Positions 29,613-38,502 of a DNA stretch of 64,000 nucleotides are shown here, piece after piece. The stretch lies in the NCBI GenBank assembly GCA_965247115.1, contig CBDFGR010000002.1:1312001-1376000 (forward strand), written 5' to 3'. Under the pieces are notes generated by a model. It worked only from the letters and a program-made list of their open reading frames with translations. It was not told where the DNA came from and did not search any database. The position numbers and the translations under genes are program-made. Each line of letters opens with the position of its first letter. The first letter of the stretch is position 1. The DNA comes from Myxococcota bacterium. Its GTDB lineage: Bacteria > Myxococcota_A > UBA9160 > SZUA-336.

Positions 29613-30302
29613 TCAATCCGGCAAGAGGCCGCGCAGCATGAACTCGATCGCGGTGTCCCGCGCCACGTCGTCAGCAAAGCGCTGCGAGGGATCCCACTTG
29701 ATGTGCATGGCCCAGGTCGCAATGGTCTCGATCACGATGCGGCCCGCCACCCGTACGTCGCGCAGCGGACGCAAGACCCCCCTGCTGGTCCTCGACTCGA
29801 GGTACGCGGTGACGCGGTCCCGCCCGGCGGCACGGCCCGATTTCTGCCACACGGGCCCGAGCTCGGGGTGATCGGAGCAGCGGTCGAGCAGCTTGATCCC
29901 TGTCTGGTGCCGCTCGATGACGGAGTACTGCTCGCGCAAGACTGCCTCCAGCTCGGTCCTCGCGTCGCCTCCGGACTCTTGCCGAAGAGCTTTGGAGAGG
30001 GCCGGAAGCTCGCCTTCAGCGGCGAGCTCCCGCTGTACACGACGCAGCAGCTCGCCCGGTTCCGGAGTGGGCACCGGAAGTCGAGCGGGCTGCACGACCC
30101 GACCGGGACGATCCGCGTGCGCCAAGCACAGGCCGAACAGAGCCTCCTTGCTCTCGACGTAGCCGTACAATGTGCCCTTTGCCACGCCAAGCGCCTCGGC
30201 GACATCCGCCATCTGGGTGTGACGGTAGCCGCGCGCAATGAAGACCTCGGTCGCGGTTCGCACGAGACCGTCGAAGCGGTGTTCCGGGATCCTACGAGCC
30301 AT
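29613..30302 (-). CDS. TetR/AcrR family transcriptional regulator
   Basis: HTH FIARGYRHTQMADVAEALGVAKGTLYGYVESKEALF. Confidence 0.92.
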   Translation of the reverse strand: MARRIPEHRFDGLVRTATEVFIARGYRHTQMADVAEALGVAKGTLYGYVESKEALFGLCLAHADRPGRVVQPARLPVPTPEPGELLRRVQRELAAEGELPALSKALRQESGGDARTELEAVLREQYSVIERHQTGIKLLDRCSDHPELGPVWQKSGRAAGRDRVTAYLESRTSRGVLRPLRDVRVAGRIVIETIATWAMHIKWDPSQRFADDVARDTAIEFMLRGLLPD

Positions 30303-30948
30303 GGCCAGTCGCCGGAGACGCGTCCGGCGCGAAGATCTGAAAGCTCTGGGTGAGCAGGTAGTCATAGCCCGCGACGAGCTGGTAGCCGGCCTCGGCCATC
30401 TCCGCGACCATCTGGTCGACATTGCTCCAGTGGTCCTGCGTGACCATCCACCCAGTGATGCCCGTCAGGTCGTCCCGATCGTCGAGGTGGGCCACGCGGC
30501 CGCGCGGGCTCAGATCCGTCCTCACCCGGGCGAAGTAGGCGATGCGATCGTCGATGTGGTGGTACGTCAGGCAGGTGAGGACGAGGTCGATCTTCTCGTC
30601 CGGCAGCAGCGGATCGTGGAACTCGCCGAGGACGACCTCTACGTTCTCGAGCCCTTCGCGCTGCACGGTCGCGTGAAGGGAGTCGATCTTCTCGGCATCC
30701 ACCTCCACGGCATAGACACGGCCTGTGGGGCCGACCGCTTCCGAGAGCCAGGGCAGGAAGTAGCCATCGCCCGCCCCGATGTCCGCGACACGGTCGCCCG
30801 ATCGGATCTCCAGCGACTGGACGACGCGCTCGGGGTGTTGCCAGCCATCCCTCCCGGAGGTGGCGACTCGAAGCAGGTCCACTTTCCCGCCACAGCCCAG
30901 GAAGGCCAGAGTCAGGAGCAGGGAGATCGGTTGGGCAAGTGCTCGCAT
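30292..30948 (-). CDS. Class I SAM-dependent methyltransferase, predicted lipoprotein
   Basis: Lipobox-like AFLGC; motif I VADIGAGDGYF; VYAVEVD; AGGAGG SD. Confidence 0.85.
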   Translation of the reverse strand: MRALAQPISLLLTLAFLGCGGKVDLLRVATSGRDGWQHPERVVQSLEIRSGDRVADIGAGDGYFLPWLSEAVGPTGRVYAVEVDAEKIDSLHATVQREGLENVEVVLGEFHDPLLPDEKIDLVLTCLTYHHIDDRIAYFARVRTDLSPRGRVAHLDDRDDLTGITGWMVTQDHWSNVDQMVAEMAEAGYQLVAGYDYLLTQSFQIFAPDASPATGHGS

Positions 30949-30993
30949 CGTGAGGTCTCCTCCTGATTGCCTCGCGAGCAAGGCTATGATAAC

Positions 30994-31008
30994 TGACCGA
31001 GTCGGTCA
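30994..31008. promoter_or_regulatory. Perfect palindrome, likely TetR operator
   Basis: TGACCGA-G-TCGGTCA in an AT-rich patch just upstream of the methyltransferase-tetR operon. Confidence 0.7.
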
Positions 31009-31055
31009 ATAATTAGGCCTAGCCTCGCTTCTTGAGGCGGGTACCCTGACGCCGC

Positions 31056-31562
31056 GTGATCTACATCTGCAGCCTCGAGGAGATGCCGTACCACGTGCGC
31101 TCACTGCGAGCGGGCTACCTGGTCTCGCTCGTTCAGGCCGCGTTCCAACCTCCCACCCCTCCGGAAATCAAGGTCGACCGGCACCTCCGGATCCCGGTCG
31201 ACGACGTCTCGGTCCGCACGGACGGATGGGTCACCCCGGAGGAAGCTCACGTGGAGTCCCTGATCGCCTTCCTGCGCAGCTGGCCGGCAGACGAGCCACT
31301 CGTCATCCACTGCTACGCGGGTGTGAGTCGTTCGATGGCCGGCGGTCTGATCGCCCTAACACTCGACGCTGAGGGCCGGGAAGAGGAGGCGGCCCGAGTC
31401 CTGCGGGAGGCCGCGCCACATGCCCTACCGAACGCGCGCATCATTGCGCTCGCGGATCGAATCCTGGACCGTCAGGGCCGACTCGTGGCCGCGCGGGACA
31501 GCATGGGTCCCGCAACGCCGGTCACGGAGGGGCCGCTCGTCGAGCTCGTGCCCCTTCGCTAG
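31056..31562 (+). CDS. Predicted protein-tyrosine/dual-specificity phosphatase
   Basis: CX5R motif IHCYAGVSRS; PN..IIALAD. Confidence 0.88.
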   Translation: MIYICSLEEMPYHVRSLRAGYLVSLVQAAFQPPTPPEIKVDRHLRIPVDDVSVRTDGWVTPEEAHVESLIAFLRSWPADEPLVIHCYAGVSRSMAGGLIALTLDAEGREEEAARVLREAAPHALPNARIIALADRILDRQGRLVAARDSMGPATPVTEGPLVELVPLR

Positions 31563-31652
31563 CTGGCTCAGCTCCCGTTTGATTCGATGATGTGACCGGG
31601 CCCGTCCCGTAGCCGGCGCGGCCTTCAGCACCGGCGTAGCGGCACCGAAGAG

Positions 31653-32024
31653 ATGGGCATGGCAAGGCAGCTCGCTGCTGTCGGATTCCTGGCTTGCGCG
31701 CTGCTGATGCCCGCGCTGTGCGAGGCGCTCTGCCTCTTGCCCGAGCCTGCGATGACCCCGGAGCACTGCCACGAGGGTCCCGCACCGGCCAGCACACCCG
31801 CACCAGAGTCCGAGCACTCGGACTGCTGCAATGAGGTGGTATTTGTCGGGTCATCCGCTCCTCCCGAGCTCCGCTCCTTTGCGCCGCTTCTCGCTGCGGC
31901 CTTCCCGCTCGACCAGCTGGAGGTCGACCGGCAGGCGCCGCTGGCCCGCCTCCCGAGGCCACCCGACGGAGCAAACTCGCCCTACGTGCGCGTGAACCCG
32001 CCCCGCCTCGTGTACCTGCCCTAG
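31653..32024 (+). CDS. Small Cys/His/Pro-rich exported or leader protein
   Basis: Hydrophobic N-terminus, CEALC, EHCH, HSDCC, Pro-rich C-terminus (PRPP...NPP); fills the gap before the metal genes. Confidence 0.6.
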   Translation: MGMARQLAAVGFLACALLMPALCEALCLLPEPAMTPEHCHEGPAPASTPAPESEHSDCCNEVVFVGSSAPPELRSFAPLLAAAFPLDQLEVDRQAPLARLPRPPDGANSPYVRVNPPRLVYLP

Positions 32025-32102
32025 CTGCAGCCTCTTCCGCTCCGGGCCAGGGACTACACGAAGATACGTAGGCGGCACTGCCGCCTCGCAGCGAGGTTAC
32101 GC

Positions 32103-32525
32103 ATGCACTCTCTCAGCTTTGTTTTCTGTTGCGCGCTCCTATTGATGGCTCCAGCCGCGTTCGCGGAGCATCCCGCAGATCACGCAGATCACGCAGATCA
32201 CGCGGATCATCGTGGTCACGCCGAGGTCGGACCTTCTGCGGACCCTGCTGAAGCCGGCCCGTTCCAGGCCGTCGTCACGGTCCAGGGCATCGTCTGCTCC
32301 TTCTGCGCGGCCGGCGCGACCAAGTCACTCTCGAAGGTGCCGGGGCTCGACCCTTCGAGGTTCACCAAGGGCGTCCACGTGGACATCGACAACCAGAAGC
32401 TCACGCTGGCCTTCAAGCCAAGCGCACTGCTACCCGTCTCCCAGATCCGGGAGGCGATCCGCAGCGCCGGCTACGAGCCTGTCTCCCTCAGCATCGAGCT
32501 GGACGACTGGGAGTCGGCAGAGTGA
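32103..32525 (+). CDS. Periplasmic heavy-metal-associated (HMA) domain protein with His-rich linker
   Basis: Signal peptide ending AFA, (ADH)4 repeat, GIVCSFCA metal motif, AIRSAGY. Confidence 0.82.
   Translation: MHSLSFVFCCALLLMAPAAFAEHPADHADHADHADHRGHAEVGPSADPAEAGPFQAVVTVQGIVCSFCAAGATKSLSKVPGLDPSRFTKGVHVDIDNQKLTLAFKPSALLPVSQIREAIRSAGYEPVSLSIELDDWESAE
32175..32210 (+). repeat. 9-bp tandem repeat x4 encoding Ala-Asp-His
   Basis: GCAGATCAC x3 followed by GCGGATCAT. Confidence 0.95.
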
Positions 32526-33370
32526 GGGCCGCGATCATCGGCGTGTTGCTGCTGCTCGCGCTCCCGGCTCTCGCACATCAGCCGGTCCAGGACATGGCGC
32601 CGCGCTGGTCCGGTGGCTGGGGCTTGCAGGTTCGGCACGAGTACCGCGCGTCCGACGATCTGCTCGACGGCAGGTCCGACGCCCCAAACCCATTGGGGCG
32701 CGAGGAGCGCGTCCACACCACCTGGCTCGAAGGTGTGTACACCTTCCGGCGCGAGCTGCGAGTCACGGCAAAGCTGCCGTGGGTCGACCAGGAGCGTGTG
32801 GTGGGCACCGGGGAGAAGCAGGACGCGCGCGGGTTCGGCGATCTGACCCTGGCGCTCCCGCTGAAGCGCTACTGGAACGACGGTCCGACGACGCGAAACT
32901 GGAGCTTCACGCCGAGCATCCGGCTGCCCACCGGATCCACTGGGGGCGACTACCCGATCGGTGACGGCAGTACCGATGCCGGCGTCAGCGTCTCACACAG
33001 TCGGGAGACCCCGTGGTTCTACCAGTACTACGACTTGTTCTTCTGGAAGAACGGAAGCGGCAGCGGGAATGTGAACCGGGGCGACGTGATCGGGCTCGAC
33101 GTGAACCTCGCCATCCACCCGCTTCACAGCAATGCGCTGAACGCGGGCGCGTTCCTGATGTGGGACGTCTCGGCACGCTACGAGGCGCGCGGGCGGGGCA
33201 GCTCTGGGACTACGGGAGGCAAGCGCGTATCGACGGGGCCGGTCCTGGTCGTGTACTGGCAGAACGTCATGGCGCGAGCCGAGTGGAAGTGGCCCGCCTA
33301 CGAGCGGGTCTGGGGAGCGCAGCTATCCCGCGGCACCGAGCTCCTCGTAAGCCTCGCAGCGGCGTTCTGA
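32522..33370 (+). CDS. Putative outer-membrane beta-barrel transporter
   Basis: Signal peptide (ALA-H), GFGDL and LPTG motifs, aromatic alternating strands, C-terminal Phe; GTGA overlap with the HMA gene. Confidence 0.65.
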   Translation: MRAAIIGVLLLLALPALAHQPVQDMAPRWSGGWGLQVRHEYRASDDLLDGRSDAPNPLGREERVHTTWLEGVYTFRRELRVTAKLPWVDQERVVGTGEKQDARGFGDLTLALPLKRYWNDGPTTRNWSFTPSIRLPTGSTGGDYPIGDGSTDAGVSVSHSRETPWFYQYYDLFFWKNGSGSGNVNRGDVIGLDVNLAIHPLHSNALNAGAFLMWDVSARYEARGRGSSGTTGGKRVSTGPVLVVYWQNVMARAEWKWPAYERVWGAQLSRGTELLVSLAAAF

Positions 33371-33738
33371 TGACGACCCGCGCTCGAACACGAGGGAGCG
33401 TCGTGTCCAGCCTGGGACTCGCTCTGCTCGGGACTACGTGCTGCGCCCTGCCCATCACACTGGTCGCGCTCGGCGCTGGCGGAGCGGTCGCCTCACTGGC
33501 CGCCAGCGCCCCGTGGTTGATCGCCCTCTCGAAGTACAAGGGCTGGACCTTTACAGCGACTGCCGTAGTGCAAGGCTACGCCTGGTGGCGCTTGCGGAAC
33601 GCGACACGCTGCGGGCTAGACGAGGCTCGGCGTCTCCACTGGCAACGCAGAGTGCTCGGCGCGTCGACCGGGCTCCTGGCCCTGTCTCTCTTCGCGGCGT
33701 ATGCGCTGCTGCCACTATCCGGGCTCCTGGCGGACTGA
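33370..33738 (+). CDS. MerT/MerF-like small heavy-metal transport protein
   Basis: TTCCALPITLVALGAG in TM1, three TM segments, loop Cys; TGATG coupling. Confidence 0.75.
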   Translation: MTTRARTRGSVVSSLGLALLGTTCCALPITLVALGAGGAVASLAASAPWLIALSKYKGWTFTATAVVQGYAWWRLRNATRCGLDEARRLHWQRRVLGASTGLLALSLFAAYALLPLSGLLAD

Positions 33739-33787
33739 ACCTCGCGCGGAAATCCGCCCGGGGGATGCTGCTAGAATAGGCTCAATC

Positions 33788-34288
33788 ATGACAGTCATTC
33801 GAAGACTCGGCTGGTGCACGTCCCTGCTCTCTTGCGCGGTGCTTCTGTATGCAGGTCACGCGCGCGCCCAGGACCTAGACCCGAACGCCCAGCTCCGTAC
33901 CGAGCTCGAGGTCGGCCGCGCGGAGATTCAGGCGAACCGGCAGGCCATCGTCGCGAACGCCCTCAGCCTCAGCGCACAAGAGAGCGAGAAGTTCTGGCCC
34001 TTGTACCGTGAGTTTCAGACCGAGATGGCCAAGGTGAACGATCGCCTGGCCAACTTGATCATAGAGTTCACCGAGGCCTATCCGAATCAGTCAGCCGACG
34101 AGGCCGAGGGCCAGATCGAGGAGATCCTGAAGATCCAGACGGCCCAGCTAAAGGTCAAGCGGAAGTACCTCCCGAAGTTCAAGAAGGTCCTCCCACTCAT
34201 CAAGGTGGCGCGCTACTACCAGCTCGAGAACAAGCTGGATGCCGTCATCAATCTGGAGCTCGCGAAGACCATCCCGCTCATCTTCTAG
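33788..34288 (+). CDS. Exported alpha-helical hypothetical protein (loosely Spy/CpxP-like)
   Basis: Signal peptide ending ARA; LSLSAQESEKFWPLY and KVARYYQLENK. Confidence 0.7.
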   Translation: MTVIRRLGWCTSLLSCAVLLYAGHARAQDLDPNAQLRTELEVGRAEIQANRQAIVANALSLSAQESEKFWPLYREFQTEMAKVNDRLANLIIEFTEAYPNQSADEAEGQIEEILKIQTAQLKVKRKYLPKFKKVLPLIKVARYYQLENKLDAVINLELAKTIPLIF

Positions 34289-34304
34289 CCCCCCGGAGCG
34301 CTTG

Positions 34305-34919
34305 ATGACGATCGCAGCAGAGCGGTGGGTCCGCATCGGACTCTCGCTCGTCGTGGTCACGATGGCCTACAACGTGGCCGAGGCGGGCATCGCGCTCTGG
34401 GCCGGAGTCCGTGCTGGGAGCGTCGTCCTGGTCGGGTTCGGACTGGACAGCATCATCGAGCTGGCAGCGGCCAGTGTTCTCCTGTGGCGGCTCTCGCTCG
34501 AGTCTCGCGGAGTTCCGCAAGCTCAGCTCGAGCACGCCGAGGAACGTGTTCGCCGCTTCGTCGGAATCACGTTCTTCCTGCTGGCCGCATACGTCGTCGG
34601 GCAGGCGTTGTGGGTGCTGTGGAGGGTAGCTCCCCCTGCAGAGAGCCTGCTGGGCATCGTCCTGGCCATCGCCTCGTTGATCCTGATGCCGCTAGTCGCA
34701 TGGGGCAAGCTGCACGCCGCGCGAGAGATCGGGAGCGCCGCACTCCGCGCGGAGGCAAAGGAGACCCTCGCCTGCTCCTACCTCTCGCTGACCCTTCTCG
34801 TGGGCCTCATGGCAAACGCAACTCTCGGCTGGTGGTGGGCCGACCCGGCCGCTGCACTGCTGATGGTGCCCTGGCTCATCCACGAAGGCCGCGAGGGTTT
34901 CGAACACCACCACCACTAG
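34305..34919 (+). CDS. Cation diffusion facilitator-like transporter (TM domain only)
   Basis: YNVAEA, GFGLDSIIE, ALRAEA and WWWADP motifs; C-terminal HHHH. Confidence 0.82.
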   Translation: MTIAAERWVRIGLSLVVVTMAYNVAEAGIALWAGVRAGSVVLVGFGLDSIIELAAASVLLWRLSLESRGVPQAQLEHAEERVRRFVGITFFLLAAYVVGQALWVLWRVAPPAESLLGIVLAIASLILMPLVAWGKLHAAREIGSAALRAEAKETLACSYLSLTLLVGLMANATLGWWWADPAAALLMVPWLIHEGREGFEHHHH

Positions 34920-34978
34920 ACCATCCGCGAGCCAGTGTCCGTCGGCAGTCTCAAGAGTCACCCCGCCGCTCCACATCC

Positions 34979-34998
34979 AACTGCCCCCGGGGGCAGTT
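34979..34998. terminator. Perfect 20-bp palindrome between convergent genes, possible terminator
   Basis: AACTGCCCCC-GGGGGCAGTT; no strong U-tract. Confidence 0.45.
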
Positions 34999-35028
34999 CG
35001 CGGAACGCTTGTCCGGGAGTCCTGTCCG

Positions 35029-36780
35029 CTAGGAGGCTCGCCCGTGGCGGAGCAGCTTGCCCGGCGTCGCGCCGGTGCACTTGCCGTCGTCGAACGTCAC
35101 CTCGCCGTTCACGATGATCGACTTGTAGCCGATCGCGTGTTGGACGCGGCGCCATTCGCCGCCAGGAAAGTCGTGCTCGATCTCGCCGACCCAGTGGGGG
35201 TCCACATCGAGGCCTTCGAGGTCGTAGACGACGACGTCGGCCGGCGAGCCCTCGCGCAGCACGCCACGGTCTCGGAAGCCAGCTGCATGGGCTGGAAGCG
35301 CTGAGAGCCGGTAGTGCGCCTCCTCCAGGCTGATCTTCTCCTCGTCGCGTACCAGCCACATCAGGAAGTCGGTCGTGAAGGCGCCACCCGTGAAGAACTT
35401 GGTGTGCGCCCCGCCGTCTGAGACTCCGGGGAAGGTGTACGGCGAGTCGTTGATCATGGCGGCCATGTGGTCCGCGTTCTGGCCGCGGTCCGGCCCGAGA
35501 AACTCGACCTGGAGCTCGCCGGCGATCGAGAGGTCGAGCATCGCGTCGATGACGTCCTTGCCCTCTTCCTCGGCGATCTGACTGATCGATTTGCCGACGT
35601 AGCCCTCGAGCTCGTCGTGACCGCCCGTTGCCTGGACGATGAGCCGATGCAGCGGACCGCCCACGCCGGCCTGGATCTGGCGCATGCGCTCGGCCGCCTC
35701 TTTGGTCTCCACCTTCATGGCCTGGCGGATCTTCGGGTCAGCCATCTTGCGGAGCCGCTCCTCGTATGAGCCAGTGGTGGCCGCACGCCAGGCAGGGCTT
35801 GTGTCGTAGAGGTTCCAGTTCTCCAGCGTGAACGCAAAGCCGGCGCGCAGCGTTCCGCCCTGACCGAACATCCGCAGCCCGCGCTTCTGGCACTCGTCGA
35901 TCCAGGCGAGGCGTCGCTCGTGCACGCCCGGGTCGCGCGGGCTTACGGCGACGGCGTTGTGGAGGATAGGGCGACTGCTTACCTCGGCTAGCTCCTCCTG
36001 GAACTCGAGATCTCGGTCACGGTTATCCTTCCTGACGTCGCCCTGGAGCTGCGTGATCTGGATAAAGCCCTCGTCTCGCTCACGCAGGACCCGTCCGAGA
36101 TTGAAGATGTCCTCGTCGCACATGGTGTCGGTGACCATCGGGCTGCCGTCAAAGTCCGCCTGCACGGAGTCTTTGCCCAGCCTCTGGATCGAAAAGCCGC
36201 AGAGGCCGGCGTCCATGCCCTGGTGGAGCAGACGCGCCATCTCCTCGCGCTCCCCCTTGGTCGCCGGCCGGGTCTTCGCTGCATCGAGGCCCATGACGTA
36301 GATCATGAGCGACGCTGTGGGCATGTACTGAAGGCAGTTCACTCCCAGCGGCGAGCGCTCCAGCGAGTCGAGGTACTCCGGGATGGTCTCCCAGTCCCAC
36401 TTCATGCCCTGCTTCATCGACTCGAACGGAATCGCTTCGGTCCGCGTCATCATCAGCATCGAGCGTTCCCGGAACTCGGGCCGAACGGGCGCGAAGCCAA
36501 ACCCGCAGTTGCCGAGCACGACCGAGGTCACCCCGTGCCAACCCGAGATCGTGCAGTAGGGGTCCCAGCGGATCTGCGCATCGTAGTGCGTGTGCAGATC
36601 TACAAAGCCCGGTGCGACGATCTGGCCCTCCGCGTCGATGACCTGGTCTACAGAGCCGCTCGCGCGGCCACCCAGCTGGGCGATGCGACCGTCCTTGATC
36701 CAGACGTCGCCCTTGTAGCGCGGAACCCTCGTTCCATCGACGATCGTCCCGTTCTGAATCTGGAGATCGAAATCAGCCAC
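35029..36780 (-). CDS. Amidohydrolase, N-acyl-D-amino-acid deacylase-like
   Basis: APGFVDLHTHYDAQ, HGVTSVVLGNCGFG, SDGGAH and ADVVVYD motifs. Confidence 0.9.
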   Translation of the reverse strand: MADFDLQIQNGTIVDGTRVPRYKGDVWIKDGRIAQLGGRASGSVDQVIDAEGQIVAPGFVDLHTHYDAQIRWDPYCTISGWHGVTSVVLGNCGFGFAPVRPEFRERSMLMMTRTEAIPFESMKQGMKWDWETIPEYLDSLERSPLGVNCLQYMPTASLMIYVMGLDAAKTRPATKGEREEMARLLHQGMDAGLCGFSIQRLGKDSVQADFDGSPMVTDTMCDEDIFNLGRVLRERDEGFIQITQLQGDVRKDNRDRDLEFQEELAEVSSRPILHNAVAVSPRDPGVHERRLAWIDECQKRGLRMFGQGGTLRAGFAFTLENWNLYDTSPAWRAATTGSYEERLRKMADPKIRQAMKVETKEAAERMRQIQAGVGGPLHRLIVQATGGHDELEGYVGKSISQIAEEEGKDVIDAMLDLSIAGELQVEFLGPDRGQNADHMAAMINDSPYTFPGVSDGGAHTKFFTGGAFTTDFLMWLVRDEEKISLEEAHYRLSALPAHAAGFRDRGVLREGSPADVVVYDLEGLDVDPHWVGEIEHDFPGGEWRRVQHAIGYKSIIVNGEVTFDDGKCTGATPGKLLRHGRAS

Positions 36781-36882
36781 GATGCTTCCCCCGCTGACTC
36801 TTGATGATGGTTCGAATTCTAGATCGGATTCCTATGCAATCCAACCTGCTTTCTGCGGCGACGAACTCGGCGCGAGACGCAG

Positions 36883-38376
36883 CTAGTCCGAGAGGTACCG
36901 CCGCTCCAGATGAGTCTTGAAGAAGCGCGCGTTCAGGGGCTCCCCTGACACCTCCAGCAGCAGCTCCCTCGCGCTCAGGAGCTGGCCGCGACCGTGGATC
37001 TGGGCTCGGAGCCAACCGATGAGCGGCGCGAAATCGCCGCGGCGGATCTCCCCCTCCAGCTCGGGATTGGCCCGTGACGCCGCGTCGAACCACTGTGCAG
37101 CCGTCAGAGCGCCGAGGGTATAGGTGGGAAAGTAACCCAACAGTCCGGCGTACCAGTGAACATCCTGCATGCAGCCGTCTTTGAAATTGCCGCTCGTCGA
37201 CAGGCCCAGATAGCGCGTCATGAACTCGTTCCACGCCTCCGGAACGTCCGCCACGGCAAGCTCCCCGTTCATCAGACGCTGCTCCAGCTCGAAGCGCACG
37301 ATGATGTGGAGCGGATAGGTGACCTCGTCGGCGTCCACCCGGATGTATCCTGGCTGGACGCGCGTCGCGAGTCCATACAGGTTGCTCGCCCCCCAGGCGC
37401 TGCTTCTGCGGTCGGGGCCCAGATGCTGGCGGATGATGGGCGCTGCGAACTCCATGAACGCCTGGCTGCGCGAGACCTGCATCTCCAGGAGCAACGATTG
37501 GCTCTCATGCACCGCCATGCCAAGGGAGCTGCCCACCGGCTGATGGCGCCACTCCCGAGGCAGACCCTGTTGATAGAGCGCGTGACCGGTTTCGTGCAGC
37601 ACGGCCAGGAGTGATTCGAGGAAGTCGGCGTCGTTGAAGCGCGTGGTGATCCGGGTGTCGTCGGGGACGCCGCCGCAGAACGGATGGTGGCTCACGTCGA
37701 GACGGCCGTGATGAAAGTCGAAACCGAGCGCCTCCATCATGACCTCTCCCAGGGCACGTTGTCGCTCAGGGGCGAACGGACCCTTCAAGGGCAGCGGTTC
37801 AACTTGCCGTGCGAGCACGCGCTCGAGGAAGTCCGGCAGGAACGTCTTCAGATCGTCGAAGACGCTCGCCACCTCAGCGGTTCGCGTCTCCGCCTCGTAT
37901 CCATCCAGCAGCGCGTCGTAGGGCTCCAGCCCGAGCTGTTCGCCGAGCGCCGCAGCTTCGTCGCGCGCGAGTTGCACCACATCCCGCAGCAAGTCTCTCA
38001 CCGACTCCCAGTCGTTCTCCGGCCGCGCCACACGCCACATCTGTTCGCAACGCGCGCTGACGATCTGCTTGGCTCGCACCAGGGACTCGGGCACGGCGCT
38101 CGCCCGACGCTGTGCGCGCCGCATCTGCCTGAGGTTGGCCTGCTGCCAGGCATCCATGCGCCCGAGACTGCTCTCCGCCTGGTCCAGCAAACCAGCCAGC
38201 CGCGGATCCGTGAGCATCTGATGCACGACCCCCGCGATGGTTGCCAGGGCCTCGCCCCGCGCCTCACCACCCCCAGCGGGCATCATCGAGGCGTCATCCC
38301 AGCTCAGCATGGACTGCGCGTGCCCGAGGTGACTCAGCTCGCGAAAGCGCGCTTCCAGCTGCTGGTAGGGTGTCAT
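36883..38376 (-). CDS. Carboxypeptidase Taq (peptidase M32)
   Basis: HHPFC, RITTR, HETGHALYQQG, HESQS, IRVDADEVTY and GCMQDVHW motifs. Confidence 0.95.
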   Translation of the reverse strand: MTPYQQLEARFRELSHLGHAQSMLSWDDASMMPAGGGEARGEALATIAGVVHQMLTDPRLAGLLDQAESSLGRMDAWQQANLRQMRRAQRRASAVPESLVRAKQIVSARCEQMWRVARPENDWESVRDLLRDVVQLARDEAAALGEQLGLEPYDALLDGYEAETRTAEVASVFDDLKTFLPDFLERVLARQVEPLPLKGPFAPERQRALGEVMMEALGFDFHHGRLDVSHHPFCGGVPDDTRITTRFNDADFLESLLAVLHETGHALYQQGLPREWRHQPVGSSLGMAVHESQSLLLEMQVSRSQAFMEFAAPIIRQHLGPDRRSSAWGASNLYGLATRVQPGYIRVDADEVTYPLHIIVRFELEQRLMNGELAVADVPEAWNEFMTRYLGLSTSGNFKDGCMQDVHWYAGLLGYFPTYTLGALTAAQWFDAASRANPELEGEIRRGDFAPLIGWLRAQIHGRGQLLSARELLLEVSGEPLNARFFKTHLERRYLSD

Positions 38377-38502
38377 GGCGACCACTCAGCTTATCGCAGG
38401 GCGCAGCCGCAGCGCCTCGCTGGAGGTACACCAGTCATCTGCAACCGATAGTGCTACTTCTCCAGGGGAGCCCGTGTTCACCGCCCCCCTGGACCCACAG
38501 GA

